Part shown: positions 11,618-23,231 of the stretch, in pieces
Layout of the letters: each line of letters opens with the position of its first letter
How positions within the stretch are numbered: the stretch's first letter is position 1
The notes under the pieces: generated by a model
Told to the model about the DNA's origin: nothing
The model's database searches: none
Seen by the model: only the letters and a program-made list of their open reading frames with translations
Program-made: the position numbers and the translations under genes
NCBI GenBank assembly: GCA_910592345.1
Contig: CAJVPI010000015.1
Span: forward strand, 62,001 to 91,383
Length of the DNA stretch: 29,383 nt
From: Paraglomus brasilianum
Lineage: Eukaryota
Direction of reading: 5' to 3'

Positions 11618-12469
11618 TGTATAATTTTAAATATTCAATAATTATTTTCGATTTAAACTTTTTTATCAGGGTAATATATTACAAAAAACAACCCGCATGC
11701 TTTTTAGTAAAGCAACCGAAGGATCAAGGATTCTGTTGACATTCTTACGCCGATGCAAATCACACATCTTCGAGGTATTGTAAGAAATTTATTATTTTAC
11801 CTCGAAGTTTTTTTTCGCTTATGTCCAAATGATTTTCAATATCACACTTGCCAAATAATCTAATAGGATATTCGCAAGTAGCCACTAAGGTCTATCTGTG
11901 TGATAGAACGATGCGGATTTTGGTATAATAATATCCATGTTCCACTAAGTGTGGTTACACAAGCAATAGATGCTATGCATTCAATTATTTTGTTTGTGTC
12001 ATGTGTGTAGAAGATATGCAATGGTCATGATAAGATAAATTAATATTAACACTTGAGCAACACAAAATATGATAAAAGTATAAAAATAACTGTAAAGTAT
12101 CACAGAATCTCACCTTATGGTAGTCTATTGATTCACTGATATACATTTAAGATATGAAATGGCAAAATATACATGACTGTCCTCCCTGTACAATCTTGGG
12201 CCTTCAACTTGCAGGTCATTGCACCAAACACTTGAATATGAAGGTGTTTCCTGCATTGCAGCTTCACAATCTTGCTGCAGCCAAATGTCCCAGAAATTAT
12301 GAGTAGTAGTTAAATTTAGGTTGTTATATGTATGGCATATTGACTTGTATGTTATGGCATAGGATGCAGTCAAATTTTTCTATAAAACCATTCTAACGCT
12401 TGCTCTTCTCAGCAGCAGTTCCTCAATGGGAAATAAACCTTTTTTTTTTTAAAAATGTTTTTCAATTTT

Positions 12470-12820
12470 GAGATTGTATTTGATAGGTCGCGTCCGCTCG
12501 AATGTTCTTTCTGGATAAGCATTGTCCAAAAAGTCTCTCCATTCCACAACACTCGTCGGAAAACGTGAGCAAGCTGGTTTTGTTAAAGCTTTCGATTCAT
12601 AAAGCCATTGGTAAGCAAGGAACGATGGAATCGAGTATTTTCCATTCTTTTGTCAAAAAGTAATAAAACAACATTCTAATGTTACTTGATGTCTTCGGTT
12701 TTTCTACGAGTGTACTAACAAACAACCAATATCTTACCTTGGCACGTCTCGGGCACAAGAGAAAACTCGACAGACCAAGACGAATAGAGTTCTCTCTTAA
12801 CTTTTGGCAAAGCATAATAA
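12470..12820 (-). pseudogene. Possible frameshifted gene fragment of unknown family
   Basis: Intron-like GTAAGA...CAAAAG segment followed by EWKILDSIVPCLPMAL / SKALTKPACSRFPTSVVEW / DFLDNAY in shifting frames. Protein-like, but I cannot assign it confidently. Confidence 0.25.
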
Positions 12821-13960
12821 TAAGGTTAGGGCTGCAGATAGAAAAAAAATTTATTGAAAATAGTTCTATCTTTCTCTCTCCTCAACTTCTCTTTCTAGAA
12901 AAATGGTGGGTTATCAGGTTTGACGGGAAGGAATTGTTGTACTGTGAATTTTGAGGCGGATAGTTTTGAATTAAGAAAATATTGCCTTCGGTCAGTGCAC
13001 TTGCTTCAAACCTCAAACATGGAGACTAGTACTTGTTGCCATGATATAAATATTAACATTATTGTCACATGATGAACACTTTGTTGCTAATTTATATATA
13101 CAATTAAGTTTTATTATTATTGGCAACCTTTATCCCGCGCATACAGTATTCGATTTTCCAGTAATTCGATCGAAACCCGATTTTTTCATGATAATTTCTT
13201 TCTTTCATTCGATAATTTGCTAATTCGATCGTTTAAAAAAAAAAAAAAAATGTGATGACTCTTCAGCTCTTATTTTTTGTATCAATGGTGTTTTCAGCTT
13301 GGGATCCTAGCCATTGTGATTGAGTTTTATGAGCATGTGATGGCATCGTTTAAATGCCGAGACGCGAGAAAATGCTCTCAAGCTCGTACAAACTTCAAAG
13401 TCAGTCGTTTCATTTAATTTATTTAGCGGATTTACAAGTTAGAAAGGTTATATGCTTTTTGGCCGATTTAAGCATAGCTTCTGTTTTAGGGTCGGCTACA
13501 ATGTTATTATAACTGATCCGCGACAAAAGTACATACAGTTACATTCTTTGGCGGGTTGGTGAACTTGCTAACTTGCCTAGAAAGCATCAGTGGACTCTAG
13601 ATTAGTCTGTCAATAGGTAGCAGCATGCAAAAGAACCATCATATCGATAGAACTACTGTTGGATAGAGATTAATACATCTTTACTCGTGTGAGTATTATA
13701 AAAAGTAAATTATTTGTGTTTTTGCCAATAATTTTGTTTGTGTTTCTTTCTTTCTATTACATTTGCTAAATTCATTTTAATAATCCTGCCGACTGTCTAT
13801 TCAATAAATACAATAAAGAATAAATAATTTAAACCTTGGTAGAGGCCAGTGCTGGTATTGAATTGAATTTTAAATATTACTAAGTTTATGATTACTGGGT
13901 CTATACACATGACAACTCATCATCCAACTTGGTCTCGTTCTCGTCCTCGATCACGCCATT

Positions 13961-16502
13961 TTAAGCAAGTGATGGATCAGACGCAAACTCGCGGAACATT
14001 GTAAATGCATCCTACATAACAAATTGCAGACCATGAGTATCAGCAATAAAGCAAATAAGAATGCTTTTACTATTTCCATTAATCATGTTTCAATCGACAT
14101 TTCGTTGTTAACTTACCTCTTTTGTGCAGTCTGTAATTGACCGATGGTATCCATTTTGCAGATTTGTTTCTGTTTGGGGGTAAATAGTGATTGTTGAATG
14201 AAGTGTTTTAGAGTGGAGAGCAGCTAATTTACCAAGGCTTCCAGGTGATATGATCTGAACATAGAGACAAGGTGATGTTAATACTGATGTCAGTTGAACA
14301 AAAGCAAATAAATAAAACACAAGTCTCCCCAAGTCGTACACTCGTAGTTAAGCAGTTGCTACTCACCCTATAGTTAGTTTTACTTAAAATCCAATTTTCG
14401 ATGACAGCGTTGTGCACAGGATCAGCAGGTCCATTCTCTGCCTTGGTGCCGATAGGTAGCCCGGATATGATTACATTTTCCATTGTCATTGCCTCATTTC
14501 TCAACGTTTCAGAATCAGTTACCAAATAATAGACTACTTTCTGCCAAGGCATAGCGTATGTCTCTACTAGTTCATCGGCACATTTGAAGAAGTTCCTGTA
14601 TCTATGTAGTGAATACTTCCGAGAATTCCCAACTGAATAGTCATTCATGATTTCTCCTGTCCCTATCTGTATACCAACAGAGAAGATACGAGGAAGGGTA
14701 AACAGTGCAGCATACTCAGCGACAAATGACATTGCTGGAGGACTCGGGCGGAATAGATAGTCGAGAATGCATCCAAATGATGTATGTGGCCGCAAACCCA
14801 TAATATTTAGCTGAGGAGCATAGATGCGTGAGCTGAACGTCCGCAATACCATCCCACGGTTAGTGTGGAATTTAATAAAAGGTTCGGGATATTTAATGGT
14901 CCAGTTTGAATGGAGAAATAGACGATCTATGTGTTGAGCACTGAAATTGACCACGTCAAGAGGTGTCGGAATGAGATCTTTGAGTACTGCACCCGGATCG
15001 GATGAATCGTAGCCCCAATCTATATTTGGAGATTCGAAAATTGCTTCAAGAGGAATTGGTGTTCTCCATTCTGCCAGAAAGGCACGATCGGTGAGCAGGG
15101 CGAATATGAATGTTGATGACATGCCCAATAATCTGTGCAAGGGGATGAAGGCAATACAGTTAGAATAGGTAAATGTATGTAGAAAGTGAAAAGTAATGTT
15201 TCTGGAATATGTGATGTGCAAATTGTTATGCACTCTCAATTTCCAACATTTTACATATACATATCGTATGTCTGCTTACCTATCTGCTAATCCACCACAG
15301 TCGCTTGATTCGTCACATACATAGCTAACAAATCTAGGTGGTCTCTTGCCTTCCCTCATGTCTTCATGTAACCTGGTATACTTCTCTTGCCATGATCCAC
15401 AGGAAATGTCTGCACTTTCATCAGCATAAGCAATTTCAGACCGTAGCTCGGCAAGCTTTGTCTTATCTTCGGCAGTCAATGATTTCAATGCATTGGTGTA
15501 AGTATAATGAGGATCAGAACGTACGTATGCGTACTGACGTAGGTAATCAGCATAACTATTGATATTGCTGCTGTGATCGCCACCATCATTTTGATTCTTC
15601 AAATCATTAAATACACCATCTTGGGCTTCAAGAAGACGACCAGTGGAATCGGTGTCTTCTCCTTCGTAATTGGTATTTTTGGGTTCAACCAAGTCGCTGA
15701 TTTTGTCATTTACGGGATTATTTACATTATTATTCGCATTATTTTCGTTGAATGTATTGTCACCGTCGTTATTGTCACCATAATTATAGTCAACATTATT
15801 ATTGTCGATACCGTTATTTCCATCATCATTATTGCCACCCTCACTATAGTCACCGACTCTATTCTCGTCTTCATTCACATTCATATGGATTGATGAAGCC
15901 TCGACATTATAAGGTTGTTCATCGTAGTTTTCATGTATTACATTATCGTTTGTATTGCCATTCCAATTATCTGTCCCATCAAAACTAGGTTGACTTATAC
16001 CAAATGGATCCTCGTTGTGGTCTGTATGCTCATCGGTTCCTGGATAGTCATTGTTGAATATTGGCTCATGGCTTATCGTATTTTCGACCGGCGTAAAGCT
16101 CTGGCTATTCACCTTCAATTCGTCGTCGATCGGTCCGAGGCCACCCAAACTGCTAAGAAATACAAAGATCGCAATAAAGAATGCCAGTGGAAACACGACA
16201 TTCTTAATTTTTGTCACGACAGAAGTATATTTGCTATATTTCGGATCACACCAATTCCAGGACCATTGTTCGAACGGCTTCATCTTAGAGGGCGTTAATG
16301 GCGGAGTCAATGGAGCTAATTTCTCCGGTATTACTGACAAGTGACAATTCTTCTGGGTAACTATGGGAGAAAGCTGTTGAGATGCCTGCCTGCCGATTGT
16401 TTGATTGGGCACAGCAAGTAGATTGTCAGAAGAGCTGTTGAATGCATTTAAGCTAGTAGTACGACGGTGGGTTGTCTGTCTTGAAGACGAAGACGAAGAC
16501 AT
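13961..16502 (-). CDS. Type II membrane GT-B glycosyltransferase of the alpha-1,2/alpha-1,6/O-fucosyltransferase superfamily, about 725 aa; exons 16502-15280, 15132-14367, 14254-14117, 14011-13961
   Basis: Single TM (VVFPLAFFIAIFVFLSSL), long Asn/Asp-rich stem, CGGLADRLLG...FALLTDRAF, motif I-like VGIQIGTGE, motif II YYLVTDS, motif III AVIENWILSKTNYRIISPGSLGKLAA. Three GT-AG introns (15279-15133, 14366-14255, 14116-14012) keep frame to TAA. Confidence 0.82.
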
Positions 16503-17666
16503 CGTGAATACTAAAGATAGTGATTGTATTACAGTAGGTATTGATGGTAAATAGGTGTAGCGATGTCTCTGGATTAAGGGATTTGGATGGGAACCAGGCC
16601 CAGCCAAGTTCTATGGTATAAAGAAAGTGGAGGTTTTGGAGATAAAGAAAGAAAGGAACAAACTTCAACTTTGAAAAGTTATGTGTTTTTTCACAGAGCA
16701 AAAGCTGGCGTTTGTTATCACCCGAGCATACAAACCCGAGTAAAGATGTTACACAAACCTTTGTTGTGCATATTAATATTATGATGTGTCACAAAGAAAG
16801 ATGATGATCCGTACAAATCGGCTATTACTACGTACTTGCATGACGATATCGTATAGTCGATAGTGACAAAATTGCATATCGCAATAGAAGAAAGTGAATG
16901 TGCATACTTGGTATAAGTTCTACTCGATGTTGCGCCATCCAAGATAAACTCCGATAATAAACAACAAACAATATTAATATTAGGCAAGCTGTTGTTAACC
17001 AAACAAGTAAGTTCGTAAGATAATCTAATAGATTATTTGTTTCATGTTTGAGGTTGGTGAGCTCACTAAAAGTGTCTCGATCAAGTTAGACCTTGTCTTT
17101 ATGTACATAAGTAAGTTACAAACATCGGAACATGTTAAAGCCTATTATTATATGACATTTACATAGTAGATAGTGTATAAATTACTAATCACTGCTGCAT
17201 CATTGTGACATATATGTACAGTTTATTATCGTAATTAGGATGGGAAAATGTCTTGTTTGACTAACTATACAGTATTAGTATATTAATATTGTTTTATTTG
17301 CTACAATTTAATTGGTTAATTTTATTCTAAAAAACGTTAGAAAACTGAATTACTGTCAAAATCGATTTAGCCAAGCATATTAATATTCCTGTACGTAATA
17401 CTAAGAGATTTGCATCTGACGAAACGACATTAAAACCACACATATCGCTTTTTACATAATGAACAAGAAATTATGTATCAGAGTTAGCAGACTGTTTGCA
17501 TTATAGAACACTAGTGCCCAAATGAATTATGCCGTATTGCTTAATTGACCTTACTAGCATATTCCATTTAGCTAATGAGATACGTATGTGAGAATCACGG
17601 CAGTTCAATTACATTAGAGCGGATCTAGCAGTCTTATATCAGTTTCTTTCAAGAATTTTCCAAACA

Positions 17667-17699
17667 TAATTAATATTAATTAATTAATTAATTAATTAA
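17667..17699. repeat. (TAAT)n AT-only microsatellite
   Basis: taattaatattaattaattaattaattaattaa. Confidence 0.8.
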
Positions 17700-19614
17700 G
17701 CTGAATTACATGATCTGCAAACATCGCATGTTTAGTTCACTACTTTTGTAGTTACTGTTGCCGCAAACCGTTGAATAAGTAAATTTTATAACCATTCTGT
17801 TAAAACAACATTGTTGACGGGCAGTCTTAAACGGCTTTTACCTTATTCGATTTCTTAATTTTCATTTGGACCTTTGCTTGTTGTTCGACTTTACCAAAAC
17901 ATAATTGATTTTGCGTTCATAAGTAAATGCACTTTATGCTTACTAATGATCAGAATGTGGAACATGAATGGTACGATACAAGTTACTTACGCAGATGGTG
18001 GTAATTACAATGTGTCCGAACATATTTATATTATCGCTTGTATTATTAAAAGACAGCCTGAACCTAAGCCATTACTATATCTTCGATAATTCGATTTTCA
18101 ATAGCCAGTTTGCTCATGATGCAAAGTTTACACGGTTTTTGAGAAAATAGACTGATAAATATTACACGCCGTTATACCATAGTTGATAAATAGTTGCCAG
18201 CACAGAAAGCAATTTCCACTTCAAGAAAAAAGCATGTTGTCTTGGGTGACAAGGTTGCTCATTAGCAGTGCAGGACATATTAAAATCCTACAATCAGTAA
18301 CGCAGACCACCTCACTCGGCAATGCCTCTCATTCACTTGCAGGAAAACAGGCAAGCAAATAGAGCAGAAAAAATATATTACCGCTAAAAATCTTTGTAAA
18401 CACTCGATCAATAAGTATCGATTATACGTAAAAGGTAAGAGCATACTGTATATACACAAATCGCTTTTCATCTTTGAAAGCATTTAACGGTTTCTTCAAA
18501 TAACGCTTGGGAACGACATAGATTTTTGATCAGTTAAAAATTCGGTTAATATTAATGAATTGATTTTAGTACATTATGGATATATTTTTACAAGCCATTT
18601 GTATAAGCATGAACCATGTCGCTGTATGACGTAGGAAAATGGACACATTCAGGACTAAGTCTGCCGTATTTTTCGCTAACAGGTGTTTACAAACTTGTAA
18701 ATATACCGGATGTCGCACGTTTGATACGGATCGTTTTGCTCTTTGCATTCGTCGAACAGATATATGAGGTGACTTGTCTGAAGAGCTTGCAAATTTACCC
18801 TATACCTGCAACGATACCCTCGATGTCGCTAGATCCAGATGTCAGTTTAATATCGAAATACAAACAATCTGTCGTTAGAAGAATTTATCACTTTTGAACA
18901 ACGATAGAGATCAGAAACATTATTTAGATGTTAATTGTGTGCGGGAAATTAATTTACAATCGTGTGATCTAAATATTCATGATATATGATACGTGAGGAG
19001 ATAATTCAATTTGGTAACGAGTATCCACGCCCAACTAACTCATCGTCCCTCTAAGACTTAATGAAGCCCAAAGTCGGATCTCTTTTTTGCGTCTGTGTGT
19101 GAATCTTGAGAGGGAAAGACTGGGAAAAGAAAAAATTTCTTTATTTGATGTTCCCCATTTGGCACCCTTGCACGATCACACGGGTCTGATTTTTTTTTCT
19201 TCCCGCTCTCTTAATATTAAGGAGGATGAGAAATATCGAGAAAAGGGCTTTACATCATAAGACCAATCATTGGATAACATTTAGTTGCAATTTGGCTGGC
19301 TTGCAAACAATGATAATCTACAATCACAATCTCCCATTCTAAAAAAAGACTGTACCCTATATTTGCACGTGATTATTCAAACATATTCAACGGTTTTAAT
19401 GCAAAGCCATGAACGCGCGACAGGCAAGATTCGGGAGCATTCATTGTACAAATTGAATTCCACAATATTTATTTAAAACCCCATGAAAAGATAGATAACT
19501 ACAAATAGCACTGCTTGTTATTTATATTCATATTGGTATTTATTCAGATTGTGATTCTCTTGACGAGAGATCCGACAAGGACATACTTGCAAAGAAAATA
19601 GATTAGCTGTGAAA

Positions 19615-22149
19615 ATGGAGAAGAAAACGTTAAAGAAGATATCAATTCTACTGTTGCTCTGGATGTTTTGGCCGTTGGTTTTCTTCTGTACTGGTGAGTA
19701 GACGGATTGCGTGCATTCGTTGTACTCTTTGTACTTTGTACCTATGTCGTGCAAACCACAAAGTGCATTGCTGACTGGAAACTTTTTGAATCCCATCCAA
19801 CGTTTAATCCATTTCAAAAGTTGTTGCTTATGCGGTTTGTTGGACTTTCTATCTTCTATACGGTGAGTCGAGAATTCTCTGCAGGTTTAATGAACAGGTT
19901 TTGCAAAAGTCGGCATTTGACGATTCAAATCATATTTTCATTATATGCTCCCTTTCATCAGCACAATCCGATGCACCTCGGGCACAAGCGATCGTTCCGT
20001 TGAACCCCAAGAGAGTGTTCAAAGTAACCTATCACTTATTAAGTTGTGTATATGATAATATCACTGGACCGTTTTTGCCATCCATACTGCAATATGGATG
20101 GCATAAGCTGTCTACAGAGCGAAAACCTAGTTCAGTGAGGTGAGGAAAAGAGTCCGTGAACGGATGATTGCTTGATTATTATTTACGTCTATTAGTGTCG
20201 GTGATCTTGTTTATCACTAACTCATTTGTCGACGATTGCCGCTTCTACCTTATTTTTCGGTTGTTATTGTGGAAGCTAATCCCTTTATTTCTCACCCATA
20301 TCTCGTAGACGGAATATACGCTATGGCACTCGTCCCCGCAATCGTCTCGATGTATATCTTCCTGATAGAGTTTCGACTACTGTTCTCAAAAATAGTCCCA
20401 CGATGCCTGTCCCTACAAATACAACAATGCATACTCCGTCGACACATGAGAATCCGGTCATTATCCTTATTAGCACGTCTTGGAGTGCCGGTTAGTTGAG
20501 AGAGAGGGGGGGGGGTTGAGGTGTCGTTCGGTATCTTTATTAGCGATTCTTATGATGATCGTCTGTTATAGGAAACAAGTCGACATGCATGCCCGTCGCC
20601 CATAATTTACAGAGTCAAGGATATGTTGTAGTCGTCCCTGATATAACTCTATATCCACGGGTTAGTAAATTTGATCGGATCGATTGTGCTCATAGTATGA
20701 TGCAGTTGTTTTTAATGACATGTACTAAATTTGATTTGTTTGACTCTTTTCGTTAAGGGTAAAATCGCCGAAATGGTTGCTGATATCCAGCAGTGTATTT
20801 ACTGGACACGCACGCACATTAGGCATGTCTTAATAACCTACTCTCTTGTCACTTACCTCAACAAATTTGTAACCAGAATTTCCTTTCTCTTTCGCTTAAT
20901 ATAGACAATTCCACGGAGATCCTTCTCAAATATACTTATTGGGCCACGCAGCGGGCGCGTTGATATGCGCATTAACCATAGTTCATGATGTGTGTGCCAG
21001 CCTGGATGTATTACCTCCCAACACAACAGAAGTTAACCTTCCGATATGGGATAATGCAATACGACGAACACCGATGCCAAGAGTGCAAGGATTGATTCTG
21101 TGAGTAGAAATGAAACTTGAGTGACAGAAACAATTGAAGTGTAGGGAGAAATATCATACGAGTGTCTCTTAACAATTTGAAACAGTATATGAATCAAAGA
21201 TAAAGGATGTTATAAGACGTCATATTAACATTTAATGTTATATATGCAGGTTTTCTGGGAATTATGACGTGATCTATTACTACGCATATTTATTTCAGAA
21301 AGGTGAATATTCTCTAAAAAAAGAGTATATGATATTTCCGATTCCAATACTAATGCTCATCAATTCGTTCTTTTAGGGCTTGAACAAGTTCACGCAATGC
21401 CACGTGTAATGGGTAAGTGTGCTTGCTGAGTTTCCAAGTTTGATGAACAAGCATATGTTTCGTTTGGTTTACATGTAAATGGTTTGCACACTTACCATCG
21501 CAACACTCAATATCAGTAAACTGACCGAATTTTTGCTATTCCACTGCGTATACCATAACAGGAAATTCATCGGAAACATTTCTTCAGTGTTCACCAACAT
21601 ATCTCCTTCAACATGCTCTCGCACAATCCACGAAACGAGATCAGTTGAAGATGCTATTACCACGGAAAATACTTTTGATTCATGGGGGTCAGGTATGTTG
21701 TAACAGAACGGTTTTGTGGACGTATTAAAAATAAGACCCACTGCGGTACATTATTCTCCGGTTTGTCTGGTTTATTTATTTGTAATCACCTTAATCTGAA
21801 TAAACATTCTTTTACTCGAAATTGTAAAATGCAGGATGCGTTCAACCCCCCAGTGGCGACTCGCACCTTCTTTGATCTTTTAGTGTCGTCTGGCGTTCCT
21901 TCGGTCCAACTAAAACTGTACGAAAATGAACGCCACATCAGTCCTCGCATCGACCTCATCGTACCCACGAAACGTCTGTGCGCAATACTCATCGAGGATA
22001 TTGCAGAATGCTGCAAGGCTGCAACTGGGGCAGTGATGATGCGTGGCTGCTTAAAAGAAGACGACAACAATCAAAGAAAGGTTGATGGCAAAGATAATAT
22101 CGGTATTAAACCGGTGCAAGAGGGAACTGGTATTAGGGTACTTGGTTAA
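19615..22149 (+). CDS. Membrane-anchored alpha/beta-hydrolase of the ICME (isoprenylcysteine methylesterase)/HSL type with a substituted nucleophile, about 454 aa; exons 19615-19693, 19821-19862, 19962-20139, 20309-20490, 20572-20660, 20758-20822, 20905-21099, 21250-21302, 21377-21412, 21562-21692, 21835-22149
   Basis: Spliced product contains RRNIRYGTRPRNRLDVYLP, NPVIILISTSWSAGNK, GYVVVVPDITLYPRGKIAEMVADI, FHGDPSQIYLLGHAAGA, LILFSGNYD, ILLIHGGQD and LKLYENERH, collinear with the ICME family. All 10 intron phases are consistent (1365 nt in total). The first two exons are the least certain. Confidence 0.85.
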
Positions 22150-22459
22150 TTATGAATTTGGGTTAGTGAGGGAAAATTCGCACACGTGTGGGAATAAAAA
22201 AGGGAGTAATTTTTTGGATATATTTACATAGTTAATTGAGTATCGTATTTTGATGGAAATAAAATAAGGGAAATGGGCGAAAAGTTTTACCCAAGAAAGT
22301 GCGACTTTTTATATTATTTTAAATTTTTGTTGTAAACATCAAAAGCCGAAATATTTTGACAAGCATTGTGTATCGAATTAATAATAATAAATACACTATT
22401 TATTATTAAATTATATAAAAAGGGCAAGTTCGGCGATCGTGAAATAATGTCTTGTTTGC

Positions 22460-23002
22460 AGTGTGATAAATAATGATTTATGTTGTTTAAAAGCCGGAAT
22501 AGAATTCCATTCTGTCATAAACTCTTCTAAATCGGACATTTTTCAATGTTGCTCTCATCAGGACTACATAACCTTGGGATCGTTATCTTGCTGTAAACGC
22601 CACTTCTTCCAATTAGACATGTCGATATTATCATGGTTGAGAACGTAATGATATTGATGTATTCGGTGTTGGTCGATAGATTTCGCTATATTGGCCGTTA
22701 TTTTTTTCGGACGACCGTATGCTTCAGAGTACCAGTTTTTTTAAGCTTTCAATATTATGTCATACAGTTGAGACTGATAACTTTGTGTTTCTTGCCAGCT
22801 CAGGCACAGAGCGGATGCCTTTATCCAATAATGTAATAAAGCGTGCATCTTTCGTTCGTTGACACTTTGACAGTACAATTTTTATTTATTCAAGACGCGT
22901 AATAAAAGACTTGTTTTTTCATTTGGTAAAATATGACGCAAATTGAGCTAGAATTGGCAAAGTTTAATTAATGGTTAATCAATTTTTTTCGTCACACACT
23001 AT
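22460..23002 (-). mobile_element. Internally deleted, decayed Tc1-family transposon
   Basis: Minus strand gives N-terminal HTH fragments (HYW..GIRSVPELARNTKLSVSTV, KLKKTGTLKH, GRPKKITANIAKSI; ~22675-22835) joined to DDE fragments WRLQQDNDPK (~22573-22605) and EEFMTEWNSIP. Boundaries and TIRs are approximate. Confidence 0.7.
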
Positions 23003-23231
23003 ATTTTGTGTGCTGTAGTCAATTTTAATACTAAGGCTAAACTTTTTTTGTTGCCGGTCGTTTTCATCAGCTTTGTCTAAAAATATATATTTCAGATTAT
23101 TACAATACTGCATGATATGATTTTGGTTAATAAATAGAACATAGTTTATTTGTAATTCTGCAGTAGTAAATATAAATGAACGCCATACTAAAATCTATTA
23201 AATCTGATATACTAGTACATAAAATAATCAT

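Noticed and set aside
13140..13600. ttcgat-rich repeats and a possible FKRxH-like pogo HTH trace on the minus strand
   Set aside because: Too degenerate to support a call without a profile search.
15338..16344. Several plus-strand ORFs, including hydrophobic I/V-rich and His/Tyr-rich ones
   Set aside because: Antisense or alternative frames of the Asn/Asp-rich stem of the glycosyltransferase.
17874..18897. Cluster of 60-93 aa ORFs on both strands
   Set aside because: No consistent splice model or family motif. It may be a decayed gene, but I cannot support that.
20236..20499. 87-aa hydrophobic ORF, and similarly 21479..21703
   Set aside because: Wrong frames overlapping true hydrolase exons 4 and 10.
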